Assembly: GCA_037441525.1 (NCBI GenBank) | Contig: JBBISA010000005.1 | Location: 15,641-79,640 of the forward strand | Origin: Bacteroidota bacterium | GTDB lineage: Bacteria; Bacteroidota; Bacteroidia; Bacteroidales; UBA7960 | Direction of reading: 5' to 3' | DNA length: 64,000 bases | Shown: in pieces, positions 18,395 through 28,386 of the stretch | Numbering within the stretch: the stretch's first letter is position 1 | Layout: every line of letters starts with the position of its first letter | The notes under the pieces: model-generated | What the model was told of the DNA's origin: nothing | Seen by the model: the letters and a program-made list of their open reading frames with translations, nothing else | The model's database searches: none | Made by a program: the position numbers and the translations under genes

Positions 18395-20974
18395 TCAATA
18401 CACCACAAACCTGCGGGCAATTTTCAGTTCGCCTGAATCTATCATTGCTATATAAATGCCTGAAGGTAAGGATGAAACATCTATTCTATGTTCATTTCCT
18501 TTTAAGTTTTCAGCCAAAACAATACGACCATTCGTATTGAAAATGTAAATCTGGCCTGCCGACAATTCGGTTGTAAATGTAATGGCATCACCGGCCGGGT
18601 TGGGATAAACATTCACCCTTGGGTAGGCCACTTCTGGCACAGGAACCTCGGCCACCATAGTAACCACTTCAACATTTAATTTAACTTCAGCGGGGCTTGA
18701 AAAGCTCAAACCATCGAAAATTGCATAAGTAAAAAAATCATCGCCGATATAGTTTTGCCACGGCTGATAGGTAAATGCACCATCAGGAAGAAGAACAAGC
18801 CTTCCATGTTTTGGCGGAGTAATCAGTAATGCTTTCATGAAGTTTCCATCAAGGTCGAAATCGTTGGACAGTACCCCCCTTTCAGCATCAACCCAAGCGG
18901 GGTCGCCATCGATATAGAGATAAACACTGTCATTGCGCGCCACGGCCCTATTGTTAAACTCTCTCAACCGGTCTTTCATAACCCAGTATGAGCCTTTCAC
19001 TACTTCCTGCACATCAAGGGCATGATTCCATTCTTCCCACAGAAATCTCTTTGATGGCAGGTATTTGCGTCCACGATGCATAATGGTAACAATGATACCA
19101 TCGGAGATGGTGTCTTCGGGTTGCCAGGTTGACCTATTGTCGTGAAATACCACGTAAGAACTGGGATCGACAAAATGGAGCAACGACCAGGGCAGTCGGA
19201 TGTGAATATGGTCTTTGTGAATGGTAACTGCATCGCGGGTTGTAGGGGGCAGAAAGCCATAATTTACCTTCAGGTTCCCAATGTATTGTATATCCTGGTC
19301 GAACTGGTTCACCTTCCAGCGGACAATATTCCAGGGTGCTCCATCTGTGGCAACAGACCGGTATTGCTGTTCGGGTTGCGATACATCGTGGTAAATACCA
19401 TAAAGGTCGTAGGCCTGTGTAACGTATAGTTTAGCCGAATAATTGGTAAGGTGCAAAGCGAATTCAGCACGGTTTTCGACAACCTGACCGTTGGGGAGAA
19501 TCGATTCACCTAGTCCGGCATCATAGGTATCAATGGCTATCCAGAAATCATCGAGAGGAGGTGGCATTTGCTGCATATATAGTTTTATATGGAAATAGTC
19601 AAAGTCGGCAGCCACGGTCATATAGCTTATTTCGCACTCACCACAGAACTGATCCCATAAACCCATGCCCAGGGGCCGCTGAAAACTTATCAGCCCAAAA
19701 TTCTGTTCTGCTGCAGTTACATTATGCCATAATACTCTTCTATCCATCAAATAATCAATATGGTCGGTAACCCAGGTTCGTTTAAACCATTCGTCCATCC
19801 ACGAAAAATGCATTGCCCCGCCACAACCGGCACTCTCAACGGTTTTCAATATGCGGATATTGGCTTCGCCCTGCTGATAGTCGTCAAAACCGCCATGATG
19901 CATACCACTTGTTGAATAATGTGCAATACCCCAGCTCGACGGCACACCGGTTTCGGCAATTATTAAAGGGAAATTGGGGTAATGCTCTTTAAGATGGGTA
20001 AGGTAGCCGAGGTAACTATTGGGCCCAAAATTATCAGTGAAACCAATATATTCAGGGCCGTAATTGATAAAATCGGGATAATAGGGATAGGCATGGTAGC
20101 TTACAAAAAAGCCTGCAGGGGCATTTACCAGCTGAATCTTGCTCAGATCGATAGATGTGGAGTCTTCCCACGCATTCCATTCTTCGGGGTGGCTGAACGG
20201 GTCTTGAGTGGGCCAGCTTGAGAAACTAACCGGACGCTGGGTTTTATAATGCAGGTTCTCGTAGAAAACCAGGTGGTTTAGCTTGGAAACTATCCAGGCT
20301 TCTACCGGCAAAACATTTTCTATTGCAAAATGATTTCCGTAAAATGCAGTAAAACTTGCGTTTACCTTGTTGGTATGTGCAACTTCGCCAGGGTGAACCT
20401 CCCTGCCTATAATATAGCCCATGTTCCATTGCGATACATTGGCAGTATATTTACCATAAGCCTTTCCATAACGATGCCCGATTGACCGGTTGCCATGCAC
20501 GCAATCAACATTTTCTTCAATTTCTTGCATGAAGGTTTCTGAAAGAAAAAACATATCGTCTTCATAACCCTCATACTCTTCTTCCAGCCAAACGCCCTGA
20601 AAGAAGAAGAGTGGATTTTGGGGATTTGCAAGGTTGAAAGAATCGAGTACCTGGTAAAAATCGGGGTAATGAAGCGTGTAGAGCCTGATTGAATTGAACC
20701 CCGCATCCTTAATCATACCAAACCATCTTCCGTATTGTGCTCTGGAAACAGAAAGCTCGCCCGGGAACTTGCCTGGCACCGAAATCCCCAAATTCATCCC
20801 TTTAATAAAAAAAGGCTCATAATCGCGCCCATTCCAAATAGTAAGGTGGTCTTTGCCCGTGCTGAATGGAATTGCAGGCGGCTTTGCATTAAGGGTATTG
20901 AATAATAACAGTAGTGCCAAAAAATAGCCCCAGGACAGCTTTACCATTTTAAAAATATATTTACTAAATGCCAT
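18395..20974 (-). CDS. T9SS-secreted TIM-barrel glycoside-hydrolase-like protein with a cadherin/Ig-like domain and a Por C-terminal sorting domain
   Basis: Signal peptide (alternative ATG at 20947). Clan-GH-A-like segments (GFNSIRLYTLHYP; IIAETGVPSS as candidate nucleophile). VLSNDFDLDGN...FTYxxxDG matches a cadherin-like domain. The C-terminal VNVYPNPAGDAITF...LPSGIYIAMI is a type-A T9SS CTD. Confidence 0.8.
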   Translation of the reverse strand: MAFSKYIFKMVKLSWGYFLALLLLFNTLNAKPPAIPFSTGKDHLTIWNGRDYEPFFIKGMNLGISVPGKFPGELSVSRAQYGRWFGMIKDAGFNSIRLYTLHYPDFYQVLDSFNLANPQNPLFFFQGVWLEEEYEGYEDDMFFLSETFMQEIEENVDCVHGNRSIGHRYGKAYGKYTANVSQWNMGYIIGREVHPGEVAHTNKVNASFTAFYGNHFAIENVLPVEAWIVSKLNHLVFYENLHYKTQRPVSFSSWPTQDPFSHPEEWNAWEDSTSIDLSKIQLVNAPAGFFVSYHAYPYYPDFINYGPEYIGFTDNFGPNSYLGYLTHLKEHYPNFPLIIAETGVPSSWGIAHYSTSGMHHGGFDDYQQGEANIRILKTVESAGCGGAMHFSWMDEWFKRTWVTDHIDYLMDRRVLWHNVTAAEQNFGLISFQRPLGMGLWDQFCGECEISYMTVAADFDYFHIKLYMQQMPPPLDDFWIAIDTYDAGLGESILPNGQVVENRAEFALHLTNYSAKLYVTQAYDLYGIYHDVSQPEQQYRSVATDGAPWNIVRWKVNQFDQDIQYIGNLKVNYGFLPPTTRDAVTIHKDHIHIRLPWSLLHFVDPSSYVVFHDNRSTWQPEDTISDGIIVTIMHRGRKYLPSKRFLWEEWNHALDVQEVVKGSYWVMKDRLREFNNRAVARNDSVYLYIDGDPAWVDAERGVLSNDFDLDGNFMKALLITPPKHGRLVLLPDGAFTYQPWQNYIGDDFFTYAIFDGLSFSSPAEVKLNVEVVTMVAEVPVPEVAYPRVNVYPNPAGDAITFTTELSAGQIYIFNTNGRIVLAENLKGNEHRIDVSSLPSGIYIAMIDSGELKIARRFVVY

Positions 20975-21305
20975 TGGTTTCCGTTTTTGGAATGATGAAA
21001 ATATTTTTGGGCAATAGCCATTTTTTCCATGGATTTCACCCCGTGTGCAAAAGTAAAGTTAGAATAATATTTAATAAAACATACCATTATCGCCGCATAC
21101 CCTCCTTTTGTCTGAAATTTGATGTAGATGCACTCCGTCGCTGACATGAAATTGTTTAAGATTTAACACAAAAATTATATAAACTTCTCTATTTCCTATT
21201 TAAAAAACCCTTAATATTGTTAGTTGTGTTGAAAACACATGAAATTTGTTTGAGTTTTAACAGGAAGCCACTAAAAAACACGAATTTCATAATAGTTCTA
21301 ACCAG

Positions 21306-23360
21306 ATGCAGGGGATAAATCCATCAACCCAATCCGATGAGGAAATAATTAAAAGCTACCATACTTTTATACACGAGTTAGCTTCTAAATCCGAACCTTC
21401 GCAGGTTATCCCTTTTCTGGCCCCCAACATAACTTTTATTTACCCTGGCAGCCAACCAATTACAGCCCCAGCTCATGAGGTAAGCCACGAAATAAACAGC
21501 AGCAGATTGCCATGGGTTTTCTCTGCCTATTACCGGAAAGAGTTTTCGCGGTTGGAAATAATTTCAGAAAATCAGGCGGTACAAACTGCCGGATATTGCA
21601 GATTAGATGAAGGATTTCGCAACAACCCTCAACGATTTTTGGTAACTATCTTCTGGGAAAAGGCAAAAAATTACTGGACAATACGCTATTTGCAAAGCTC
21701 AGAAGATGCTCCTTTGCCAAAATTTGCATCAATAGAAAATGATAAAACCGTTGCCGATGAAGAAAATGACATCGAAAAACTTCTTTTAAAAAAGACCCGT
21801 GAAGTTTGCAACTTAAACCTTGCTTTGGCCCAAAGCCGGAAAGAAGTTAATGAATTGGAAGAAAGACTGATGGCTCTTTTTAATCATACCAGCGATGGCA
21901 TAATTGTAGCCGATTGGAAAAATCACAACTTTACGATGGTTAATAGTTGCCTGTTGGAAATACTGGGTTTTTCTGATGAAGAATTTTCATCCTTTTGGTT
22001 CACCGATATCGTTCCACCCGACGATTTGCAGGCTGCTTTGAAAAAAATACTGCTTCAGGCTGATGGGAACATACAGCTTGCCGAAGAAATACCCTTGCTG
22101 GCAAAAAACAACCAGATAAAGTATTTTAATGTGGTTTCGCGTACCATTAAAATTAAGGGGGCAAGTTTCCTGATGAGCCTGTTCAGAGATATTTCGGCTG
22201 AAAAAGATGCTTTTATGCACAAACAAAAATCTGAAGAAGCCCGAAAAGCCTCAGATGCAAAGAATCTGTTTCTTGCCAATCTCAGCCATGAAATCAGAAC
22301 TCCGGTTACAGGCATATTGGGCATGAGTGATATTCTGTCGCGAACCAATCTTAACCCTACCCAGGCTGGTTATCTTGAAATTATTAAAGAATCATCGAGA
22401 ATACTGCTGGCATTGATCAATGACATCCTTGATATTTCGCGCATTGAAGCGGGCAAACTAACTGTAAAGAGAGAGCAATTTGATCTGAAAGATGTGTTTA
22501 AAAACATCCGGATTATTACGCACAATGCCATGCTCGAAAAAAAGAACCAGCTTATAATAGAAAGCGGAAAAAATTCGGTGACAGATGTTTTTACTGACCG
22601 TATGCGGCTGGAACAGATACTATTCAATCTGGTAAACAATGCAATAAAGTTTACTGAAAATGGAGCCATTAACATAAGAGCCACCATTGACGAAAAACTT
22701 CATAATCAGGTTAAAATATCTGTTACCGATACCGGAACCGGTATCAGTAAGGAAGATCAGGAAAGACTTTTCAATAAATTTCAACAGCTCGACAATGCCC
22801 GCTCTAATCCACAGCAGGGCTCTGGCTTAGGTTTATACATTTGCAAGCAATTGGTTTCATTGCTCGATGGCCAAATTGGCGTAACAAGCACACCGGGGAA
22901 AGGAAGCACTTTTTGGTTTACTTTCCGTACAGAAGTAGTTAGTCCTTCTTTTTTACCCATGGACGATGGAGAATTCAATAATGAGTTTCCACTTGATCTT
23001 GATGTTCTTCTGGTAGATGATAAGAGGGTTAACCTGCAGGTAATTTCCATTATGTTGCAAACAGCCCGATGCCGCATTGACACAGCCCTTAATGGCCTGG
23101 AAGCTCTGGAAAAATATAACCCCGAAAAACATCAAATCATTCTGATGGATATAATGATGCCTGTTATGGATGGCATTACCGCAATGAAAGAGCTACGGAA
23201 GAAATATAGCACACTGCCTCCAATAATTGCCATTACTGCAAACGCCATGGCCGGTGATAAGGAAAAATATATAGCCGACGGATTTGATGCCTACATCCCA
23301 AAACCACTTACAATGGCAAAACTCATCTCGGAACTTAGAGGACTGGGATTAATGAAGTAA
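21306..23360 (+). CDS. Hybrid sensor histidine kinase/response regulator (NTF2/SnoaL-like N-domain - coiled coil - PAS - HisKA - HATPase_c - REC)
   Basis: H-box LSHEIRTPVTG, DTGTGIS, GLGLYIC, and receiver ILMDIMMPVMDG. No TM segment and no HPt domain. Confidence 0.9.
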   Translation: MQGINPSTQSDEEIIKSYHTFIHELASKSEPSQVIPFLAPNITFIYPGSQPITAPAHEVSHEINSSRLPWVFSAYYRKEFSRLEIISENQAVQTAGYCRLDEGFRNNPQRFLVTIFWEKAKNYWTIRYLQSSEDAPLPKFASIENDKTVADEENDIEKLLLKKTREVCNLNLALAQSRKEVNELEERLMALFNHTSDGIIVADWKNHNFTMVNSCLLEILGFSDEEFSSFWFTDIVPPDDLQAALKKILLQADGNIQLAEEIPLLAKNNQIKYFNVVSRTIKIKGASFLMSLFRDISAEKDAFMHKQKSEEARKASDAKNLFLANLSHEIRTPVTGILGMSDILSRTNLNPTQAGYLEIIKESSRILLALINDILDISRIEAGKLTVKREQFDLKDVFKNIRIITHNAMLEKKNQLIIESGKNSVTDVFTDRMRLEQILFNLVNNAIKFTENGAINIRATIDEKLHNQVKISVTDTGTGISKEDQERLFNKFQQLDNARSNPQQGSGLGLYICKQLVSLLDGQIGVTSTPGKGSTFWFTFRTEVVSPSFLPMDDGEFNNEFPLDLDVLLVDDKRVNLQVISIMLQTARCRIDTALNGLEALEKYNPEKHQIILMDIMMPVMDGITAMKELRKKYSTLPPIIAITANAMAGDKEKYIADGFDAYIPKPLTMAKLISELRGLGLMK

Positions 23361-23394
23361 AAAAATTCGGGTGGTAGCAGAAGCCCCCCTTTTT

Positions 23395-24150
23395 TCAGGC
23401 AATTGCATCTCTTTTCAATATCTCCTTTACCAATTGCTGATAATCGAAAGCGCCATTGCTCGATGGCTCATACTCAAAAATATCGGTACCCTCGTTGGGG
23501 GCTTCAGCCAGTGAAATATTATTGCGAATTCGGGTTTTGAAAACCTTTGGGCCAAAGTGCGATTCAAGGGTATCCATCACATACCGGTTGAGCACCTTGC
23601 GCCTGTCGAATTGGGTAATAATTATACCTGTTATTTCCAGTGCAGGATTGAGCCTTTTTTTTATTTTATCCACCAGACCCAGCAATTTGCCAATACCCTG
23701 CAATGCCAGGTATTGCGCCTGCATTGGTATATAAACTTCGGTAGCTGCAGTAAATGCATTAATGGTTAATAAGCCAAGCGATGGCGGGCAATCAATGATA
23801 ATGTAATGGTATTCATTTCTTATTTCCTGAATCAATTCTTTCAATATAAACTCGCGGCCTGCTTCTGATGCCAGTTCCAGTTCGGCGCCACCAAGCCCGG
23901 GGCTGGCAGGTATTAATGAAAGATTTTTTTTAACATTGATTATCTCCGCTGGCAATTCACCCTTTAGCGCCTCATAAATTCCCTTTTCAGGGTCGTGCAC
24001 TCCTAAACTCTGGCTGAGATTTGCCTGGGGATCCATATCTACCAGCAAAACACTTTTGCCCTTCAGAGCCAAACCAGCCCCAATATTGATGGCCGATGTT
24101 GTTTTTCCAACACCCCCCTTATGATTGCTCACTGCTATGATACGTGCCAT
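23395..24150 (-). CDS. parA: ParA/Soj-family P-loop ATPase (orphan; no adjacent parB)
   Basis: 251 aa. Deviant Walker A NHKGGVGKTT, DMDPQAN, IIIDCPPSLG. Confidence 0.9.
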   Translation of the reverse strand: MARIIAVSNHKGGVGKTTSAINIGAGLALKGKSVLLVDMDPQANLSQSLGVHDPEKGIYEALKGELPAEIINVKKNLSLIPASPGLGGAELELASEAGREFILKELIQEIRNEYHYIIIDCPPSLGLLTINAFTAATEVYIPMQAQYLALQGIGKLLGLVDKIKKRLNPALEITGIIITQFDRRKVLNRYVMDTLESHFGPKVFKTRIRNNISLAEAPNEGTDIFEYEPSSNGAFDYQQLVKEILKRDAIA

Positions 24151-24306
24151 TGGCTATAATTTTGATTGTAAGTTGGTTTTACGGTTGCAATTATAATTTA
24201 TTTTTTTTGATTGTTGATAATTTCTTTTTCCCGGACATGTTGAAGTAACATGATTGGGAATTTTATCAGAATTGTCAAATTTGGACTGTTTGGTCTGAAA
24301 AATATT

Positions 24307-24314
24307 TAGCTTTG
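24307..24314 (+). promoter_or_regulatory. -7 box (TAGCTTTG) for the PNPOx-family gene
   Basis: Exact TAnnTTTG match 31 nt upstream of the ATG at 24345. Confidence 0.45.
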
Positions 24315-24344
24315 TTTCCACATAAATCATCAATATAAAACTTT

Positions 24345-24806
24345 ATGGCCAATACACTTTATACCGATTTCGCCAATGCAAAGGAAGTAATTGACAAATG
24401 CGATTGCTGTTTTGTTGCAATGGTCGACCAGGACAATAAACCCTATGTACTCCCCTTTAACTTCGGATTTGAAAACAATACCATATACCTCCATTCGGCC
24501 CCTATGGGAAAAAAGATTGACATACTCAAAACCAATCCAACTGTATGTGTATCCTTCAGTACCGATCATAAATTGTTTCACCGGCACGATAATGTTGCCT
24601 GCAGCTACGGAATGAGATACAGAAGTGTACTTGCCCAGGGTAAAGTTGTTTTTGTTGAAGATTACGATCAGAAGGTAGAAATTCTGAACATTATTATGCG
24701 TAAATACACCGGTAAAGATTTTGCCTACAATGCCCCCTCAGTAAACAATGTTTGTATTTACAAGGTAGAGATTGATGAGATCGAAACAAAAATTTCCAAC
24801 TATTAG
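24345..24806 (+). CDS. Pyridoxamine 5'-phosphate oxidase-family (FMN-binding split-barrel) protein
   Basis: 153 aa. CFVAMVDQDNKPYVLPFNFGFENNTIYLHSAxxGKK is typical of the Pyridox_ox_2/NimA-like family. Confidence 0.75.
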   Translation: MANTLYTDFANAKEVIDKCDCCFVAMVDQDNKPYVLPFNFGFENNTIYLHSAPMGKKIDILKTNPTVCVSFSTDHKLFHRHDNVACSYGMRYRSVLAQGKVVFVEDYDQKVEILNIIMRKYTGKDFAYNAPSVNNVCIYKVEIDEIETKISNY

Positions 24807-25387
24807 CGGACAATTGATATTGAAGAGAAGAGCCTTCGGTCGGCCCATTTCCAGAGTGTAATCACCAGCAATGCCACCACTATTCCAATAACCATACCCC
24901 CAAGAATATCTGCCGGGTAATGCACCCCCAAATAAATGCGGCTGTAAGCATTGAGGATTGCAAAGGTGAGCATAATGGGTGCAATAAACCTGATTTTTTT
25001 GGCAAGCAGCGAAATCATAAATAATGCCAGGGCAAGGGAATTAGCAGCATGCGAAGAAACAAACCCCCAGGCACCACCCCTGTAACCCTTAACGGTGTGA
25101 ACCAACCCGGCAAGGCTTTCGTTGTGCGATGGTCGGGGCCGCTGAAAATATCCTTTCATAAAGCCTGTTATCTGGTCGCTCAGGGTAATCAGAAGAGCAA
25201 TTGCAAGTAAGATAAGAAGCGCCCTTTTCCAGCCATAGTGCCTGAAAACAAGAAAAAGCAATAACATATACAATGGAATCCAGAAGAATTTGTTGCTAAT
25301 CCAATACATTGGCATATCGAGCCAGGAAGCATGAAGTCCGTTGAGGAACAGAAACAAATCACGATCGGCATTTAGAAGAAATTCCAT
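24803..25387 (-). CDS. PAP2-family phosphatase (undecaprenyl-diphosphatase/lipid phosphatase-like)
   Basis: Trimmed to the ATG at 25385-25387; the track start at 25396 is TTG. Acid phosphatase motifs KxxxxRPRP, SSH and YLGVHYPxD, with 5-6 TM helices. Confidence 0.8.
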   Translation of the reverse strand: MEFLLNADRDLFLFLNGLHASWLDMPMYWISNKFFWIPLYMLLLFLVFRHYGWKRALLILLAIALLITLSDQITGFMKGYFQRPRPSHNESLAGLVHTVKGYRGGAWGFVSSHAANSLALALFMISLLAKKIRFIAPIMLTFAILNAYSRIYLGVHYPADILGGMVIGIVVALLVITLWKWADRRLFSSISIVR

Positions 25388-25399
25388 AAAATACAATAC

Positions 25400-26401
25400 T
25401 TAGTTACCAGCTGGTTGGTTTAGTGTTTTCCAGAGAAGATCTTTCAATTGCATTATTCCCAATTGGGTGTGCGATGAAATAAACACAAAGGGAGGAAGAC
25501 CATGCAGTTCATTCTTCAACTCACCAAGCATTTGTTCATCGGCCATATCGCATTTGGTTACAGCGAGTACCCGCTGTTTATCAAGCAGTTCTGGATTATA
25601 CATTTTCAACTCATTGAGAAGGATTTCGAATTCCTTTTTTATATTGTCACTATCAACGGGTATCATAAACAATAATACTGAGTTTCGTTCAATATGTCGC
25701 AGGAAACGATGCCCAAGTCCGCGTCCTTCGTGGGCCCCTTCAATAATCCCAGGGATATCGGCCATAACAAATGATTTCTGGTCGCGGTATGAAACCATGC
25801 CCAGGTTGGGCACCAGAGTGGTAAATGGGTAATCGGCAATTTCGGGTTTTGCCGCCGACACAACTGATAAAAGTGTTGATTTGCCAGAGTTGGGGAAGCC
25901 CACCAGACCTACATCAGCAAGTATTTTCAATTCCATAACCACATCGGCTTCCTGGCTTGGTTCGCCAGGTTGTGCATAGCGTGGGGCCTGATTTGTAGCC
26001 GATTTAAAATGAATATTGCCCAATCCGCCTCTGCCCCCTTCAAGCAAGATAATTTCCTGACCATGCTCTGTTAACTCGGCCATTATTTCGCCGGTTTCAG
26101 CGTTCCTTGCCAGTGTACCCAGCGGAACTTCCACGATAACATCTTTGCCAAAGGCACCAGTTCTGCCCTGACCTTTGCCTGAAGTGCCTTCCTCAGCAAT
26201 AACATGGCGGGTGTAGCGCAAATGGAGCAGGGTCCATAAATGGCTGTTTCCTCGCAAAATAATATGACCACCCCGGCCACCGTCGCCACCATCGGGCCCG
26301 CCCCTGGGTACAAATTTGGCCCTTAAAAAATGAACTGAACCAGCACCACCTTTTCCTGAGCGGCAATAAATCTTTATATAATCAACAAAATTTGAACTCA
26401 A
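25400..26401 (-). CDS. obg: GTPase Obg/CgtA
   Basis: 333 aa. Gly-rich Obg fold (GGxGGxGGxG), G1 [25 protein letters not shown] start; there is no in-frame ATG upstream before a stop. Confidence 0.95.
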   Translation of the reverse strand: MSSNFVDYIKIYCRSGKGGAGSVHFLRAKFVPRGGPDGGDGGRGGHIILRGNSHLWTLLHLRYTRHVIAEEGTSGKGQGRTGAFGKDVIVEVPLGTLARNAETGEIMAELTEHGQEIILLEGGRGGLGNIHFKSATNQAPRYAQPGEPSQEADVVMELKILADVGLVGFPNSGKSTLLSVVSAAKPEIADYPFTTLVPNLGMVSYRDQKSFVMADIPGIIEGAHEGRGLGHRFLRHIERNSVLLFMIPVDSDNIKKEFEILLNELKMYNPELLDKQRVLAVTKCDMADEQMLGELKNELHGLPPFVFISSHTQLGIMQLKDLLWKTLNQPAGN

Positions 26402-26470
26402 TGTCAGGATGTTTTACGTTTGAATCCCTTTAAAACTTTTTCAGGGGGCAAAGGTAATGCAATAACCCAA

Positions 26471-27076
26471 TTAAAACCCTACTTCAGACATTACTTCCTG
26501 CTGCTGCATGTAATGCTCCACCACGCTCGATATTCTTTCGCTCACGGTTTTAACGGGTGCCATTCCACTTACATTCGCAACTTTTCCCTGGTTTTCATAA
26601 TAGTATTTCAGGGGTTTTGTTAGGGCATGATATACATCGAGCCGTTTGCGAATGGTTGCCTCATTATCATCGCAACGGCCAGAATCAATAGCCCTGGCCA
26701 TCATCCGGTCGAAAAGCTCCTGGTGGTCAACTACCATGCAGATAACAATATTTACCCTGCTGCTTAGTTTCAGAAGCAACCTGTCGAGGATGCGGGCCTG
26801 ATAAAGTGTACGCGGAAAGCCATCAAAAACAAATCCCCATGCATCGGGGAATTTCATCATTGTGGCAAATACTTTTTTAACTACAATAGCGTCGGGAACC
26901 AACTGCCCCTTATACATATAAGTGAACAGCTTCATGCCCAGTGGTGTCCCCTTCTGCACTTCCTGGCGCAGAATATCGCCGGTTGAAATATGCACAAGGT
27001 TATACCGGCAGGCTACCCTCGACGACTGGGTTCCTTTGCCACATCCGGGCGGGCCGAACAGTACCAGATTGAGCAT
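26471..27076 (-). CDS. adk: Adenylate kinase
   Basis: N-terminal LVLFGPPGCGKGTQS P-loop, a short LID-type core, and DGFPRT. Confidence 0.9.
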   Translation of the reverse strand: MLNLVLFGPPGCGKGTQSSRVACRYNLVHISTGDILRQEVQKGTPLGMKLFTYMYKGQLVPDAIVVKKVFATMMKFPDAWGFVFDGFPRTLYQARILDRLLLKLSSRVNIVICMVVDHQELFDRMMARAIDSGRCDDNEATIRKRLDVYHALTKPLKYYYENQGKVANVSGMAPVKTVSERISSVVEHYMQQQEVMSEVGF

Positions 27077-27114
27077 ATTTCAGATAGTTATTGTTCAATA
27101 TAAAAAAAGGCCGG

Positions 27115-27672
27115 TTATGGGTTAAGCCGGTAAATATCGGGCAGGTTTCGTCCCAGGCCATCATAGTCGAGCCCATATCCCACAATAAAATCTTTGGGAA
27201 TTTCCAAACCAACATAATCGGGCTTTATATCGGTACGCAGGGCCTCGGGCTTCAATAGCAATGAAGCTACCTTAAGCGATGCCGGTTCATAACGGGCCAG
27301 ATCGTCGAGCAGATGCTTAATGGTAATACCGCTGTCGATAATATCTTCAAGGATAATAACGTGCCTGCCCTTAAGGTCGTCATTCAGGCCGATAAGCGTC
27401 TTAACCTCTTCTGTGGTTTGTGTACCCTTATAAGATGCCAAACGGATAAAACTTAATTCACATATTCCGGGATAAACCTTCATCAGGTCTGATGTAAACA
27501 TAAAAGAACCATTTAATACACTCAGAAAAAGAGGCTTATGGTCTTTAAAGTCTGAATAGATACTTTCAGCAATACGATTAATCGATTTCAGTAATAACGA
27601 AGCATCTATGTACTTCACAAAGTATTTATCCTTAACCAGAATACGATGAGGAGTGTTTGTTTGATAGGTCAT
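27115..27672 (-). CDS. hpt: Hypoxanthine(-guanine) phosphoribosyltransferase
   Basis: 185 aa. PRPP-binding motif HVIILEDIIDSGIT and C-terminal DFIVGYGLDY. Confidence 0.9.
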   Translation of the reverse strand: MTYQTNTPHRILVKDKYFVKYIDASLLLKSINRIAESIYSDFKDHKPLFLSVLNGSFMFTSDLMKVYPGICELSFIRLASYKGTQTTEEVKTLIGLNDDLKGRHVIILEDIIDSGITIKHLLDDLARYEPASLKVASLLLKPEALRTDIKPDYVGLEIPKDFIVGYGLDYDGLGRNLPDIYRLNP

Positions 27673-27797
27673 TGTCAGGGTGTTTAAGAAATACTAAAGT
27701 ACAAAATTAACCCAATGTTAACGGGTGGTATTTACTATTTGCCAAAAATTATAAACAAAATGTGAAAATAAACCGCGGTAATAGCAGCCAAAATGCT

Positions 27798-27805
27798 TAG
27801 GTTTG
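27798..27805 (+). promoter_or_regulatory. -7 box (TAGGTTTG) for the metallophosphoesterase gene
   Basis: Exact TAnnTTTG match 29 nt upstream of the ATG at 27834. It is only 11 nt upstream of the track start at 27816, which favours the 27834 start. Confidence 0.4.
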
Positions 27806-27833
27806 CGCCATTAACATGAACCCTTGCAGTTGT

Positions 27834-28331
27834 ATGAGAAGAATCGGCCTGTTAACTGACACCCATGGCTGGATACACCCTGAAACACCCCGGATATTCA
27901 GTCATTGCGATGAGATATGGCATGCGGGCGATTTCGGAAGCTTTGATGTCATTGCCAAACTCAGGGCAATAAAACCTTTGCGGGGAGTATATGGCAATAT
28001 AGATGATGCCGCGATCAGGGCAGAATTTCCCGAAATACTGCGTTTTGCCTGTGAGGGGGTTGATGTGCTGATGACCCATATTGGCGGCTATCCGGGAAAC
28101 TACTCTCCTGTCATTAAAAAGGCCTTCGCAGCCACCCCCCCCCAACTTTTCATCAGCGGGCACTCACATATTCTCAAAATTATTTTCGACAAAAAATACC
28201 ACTGCCTGCATCTCAATCCGGGAGCTGCAGGCAGGCATGGTTTTCATAAGATGATCAGTATGCTCAGGTTTGTAATCGATGGCACTGAAATAAAAGACCT
28301 GGAAATTGTTGAGTTTGACCGGGAAGCATAA
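27834..28331 (+). CDS. YfcE/MJ0936-family metallophosphoesterase
   Basis: MRRIGLLTDTHG, HAGD, GNID, MTHIGG and GHSH motifs in the canonical order for calcineurin-like phosphodiesterases. Confidence 0.8.
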   Translation: MRRIGLLTDTHGWIHPETPRIFSHCDEIWHAGDFGSFDVIAKLRAIKPLRGVYGNIDDAAIRAEFPEILRFACEGVDVLMTHIGGYPGNYSPVIKKAFAATPPQLFISGHSHILKIIFDKKYHCLHLNPGAAGRHGFHKMISMLRFVIDGTEIKDLEIVEFDREA

Positions 28332-28386
28332 CCATGAAGCTGTTCGGGCCGATACCAGGTCTTTCCAAATATTGTTTTCAAAAACA

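Noticed and set aside
18395-18397. TGA stop-codon reassignment or programmed read-through joining the T9SS gene to the downstream in-frame ORF.
   Set aside because: TGA ends other well-defined genes in this window, for example hemA and hemC. A T9SS C-terminal domain needs to be terminal, and being in frame has a one-in-three chance. A gene remnant is the more plausible reading.
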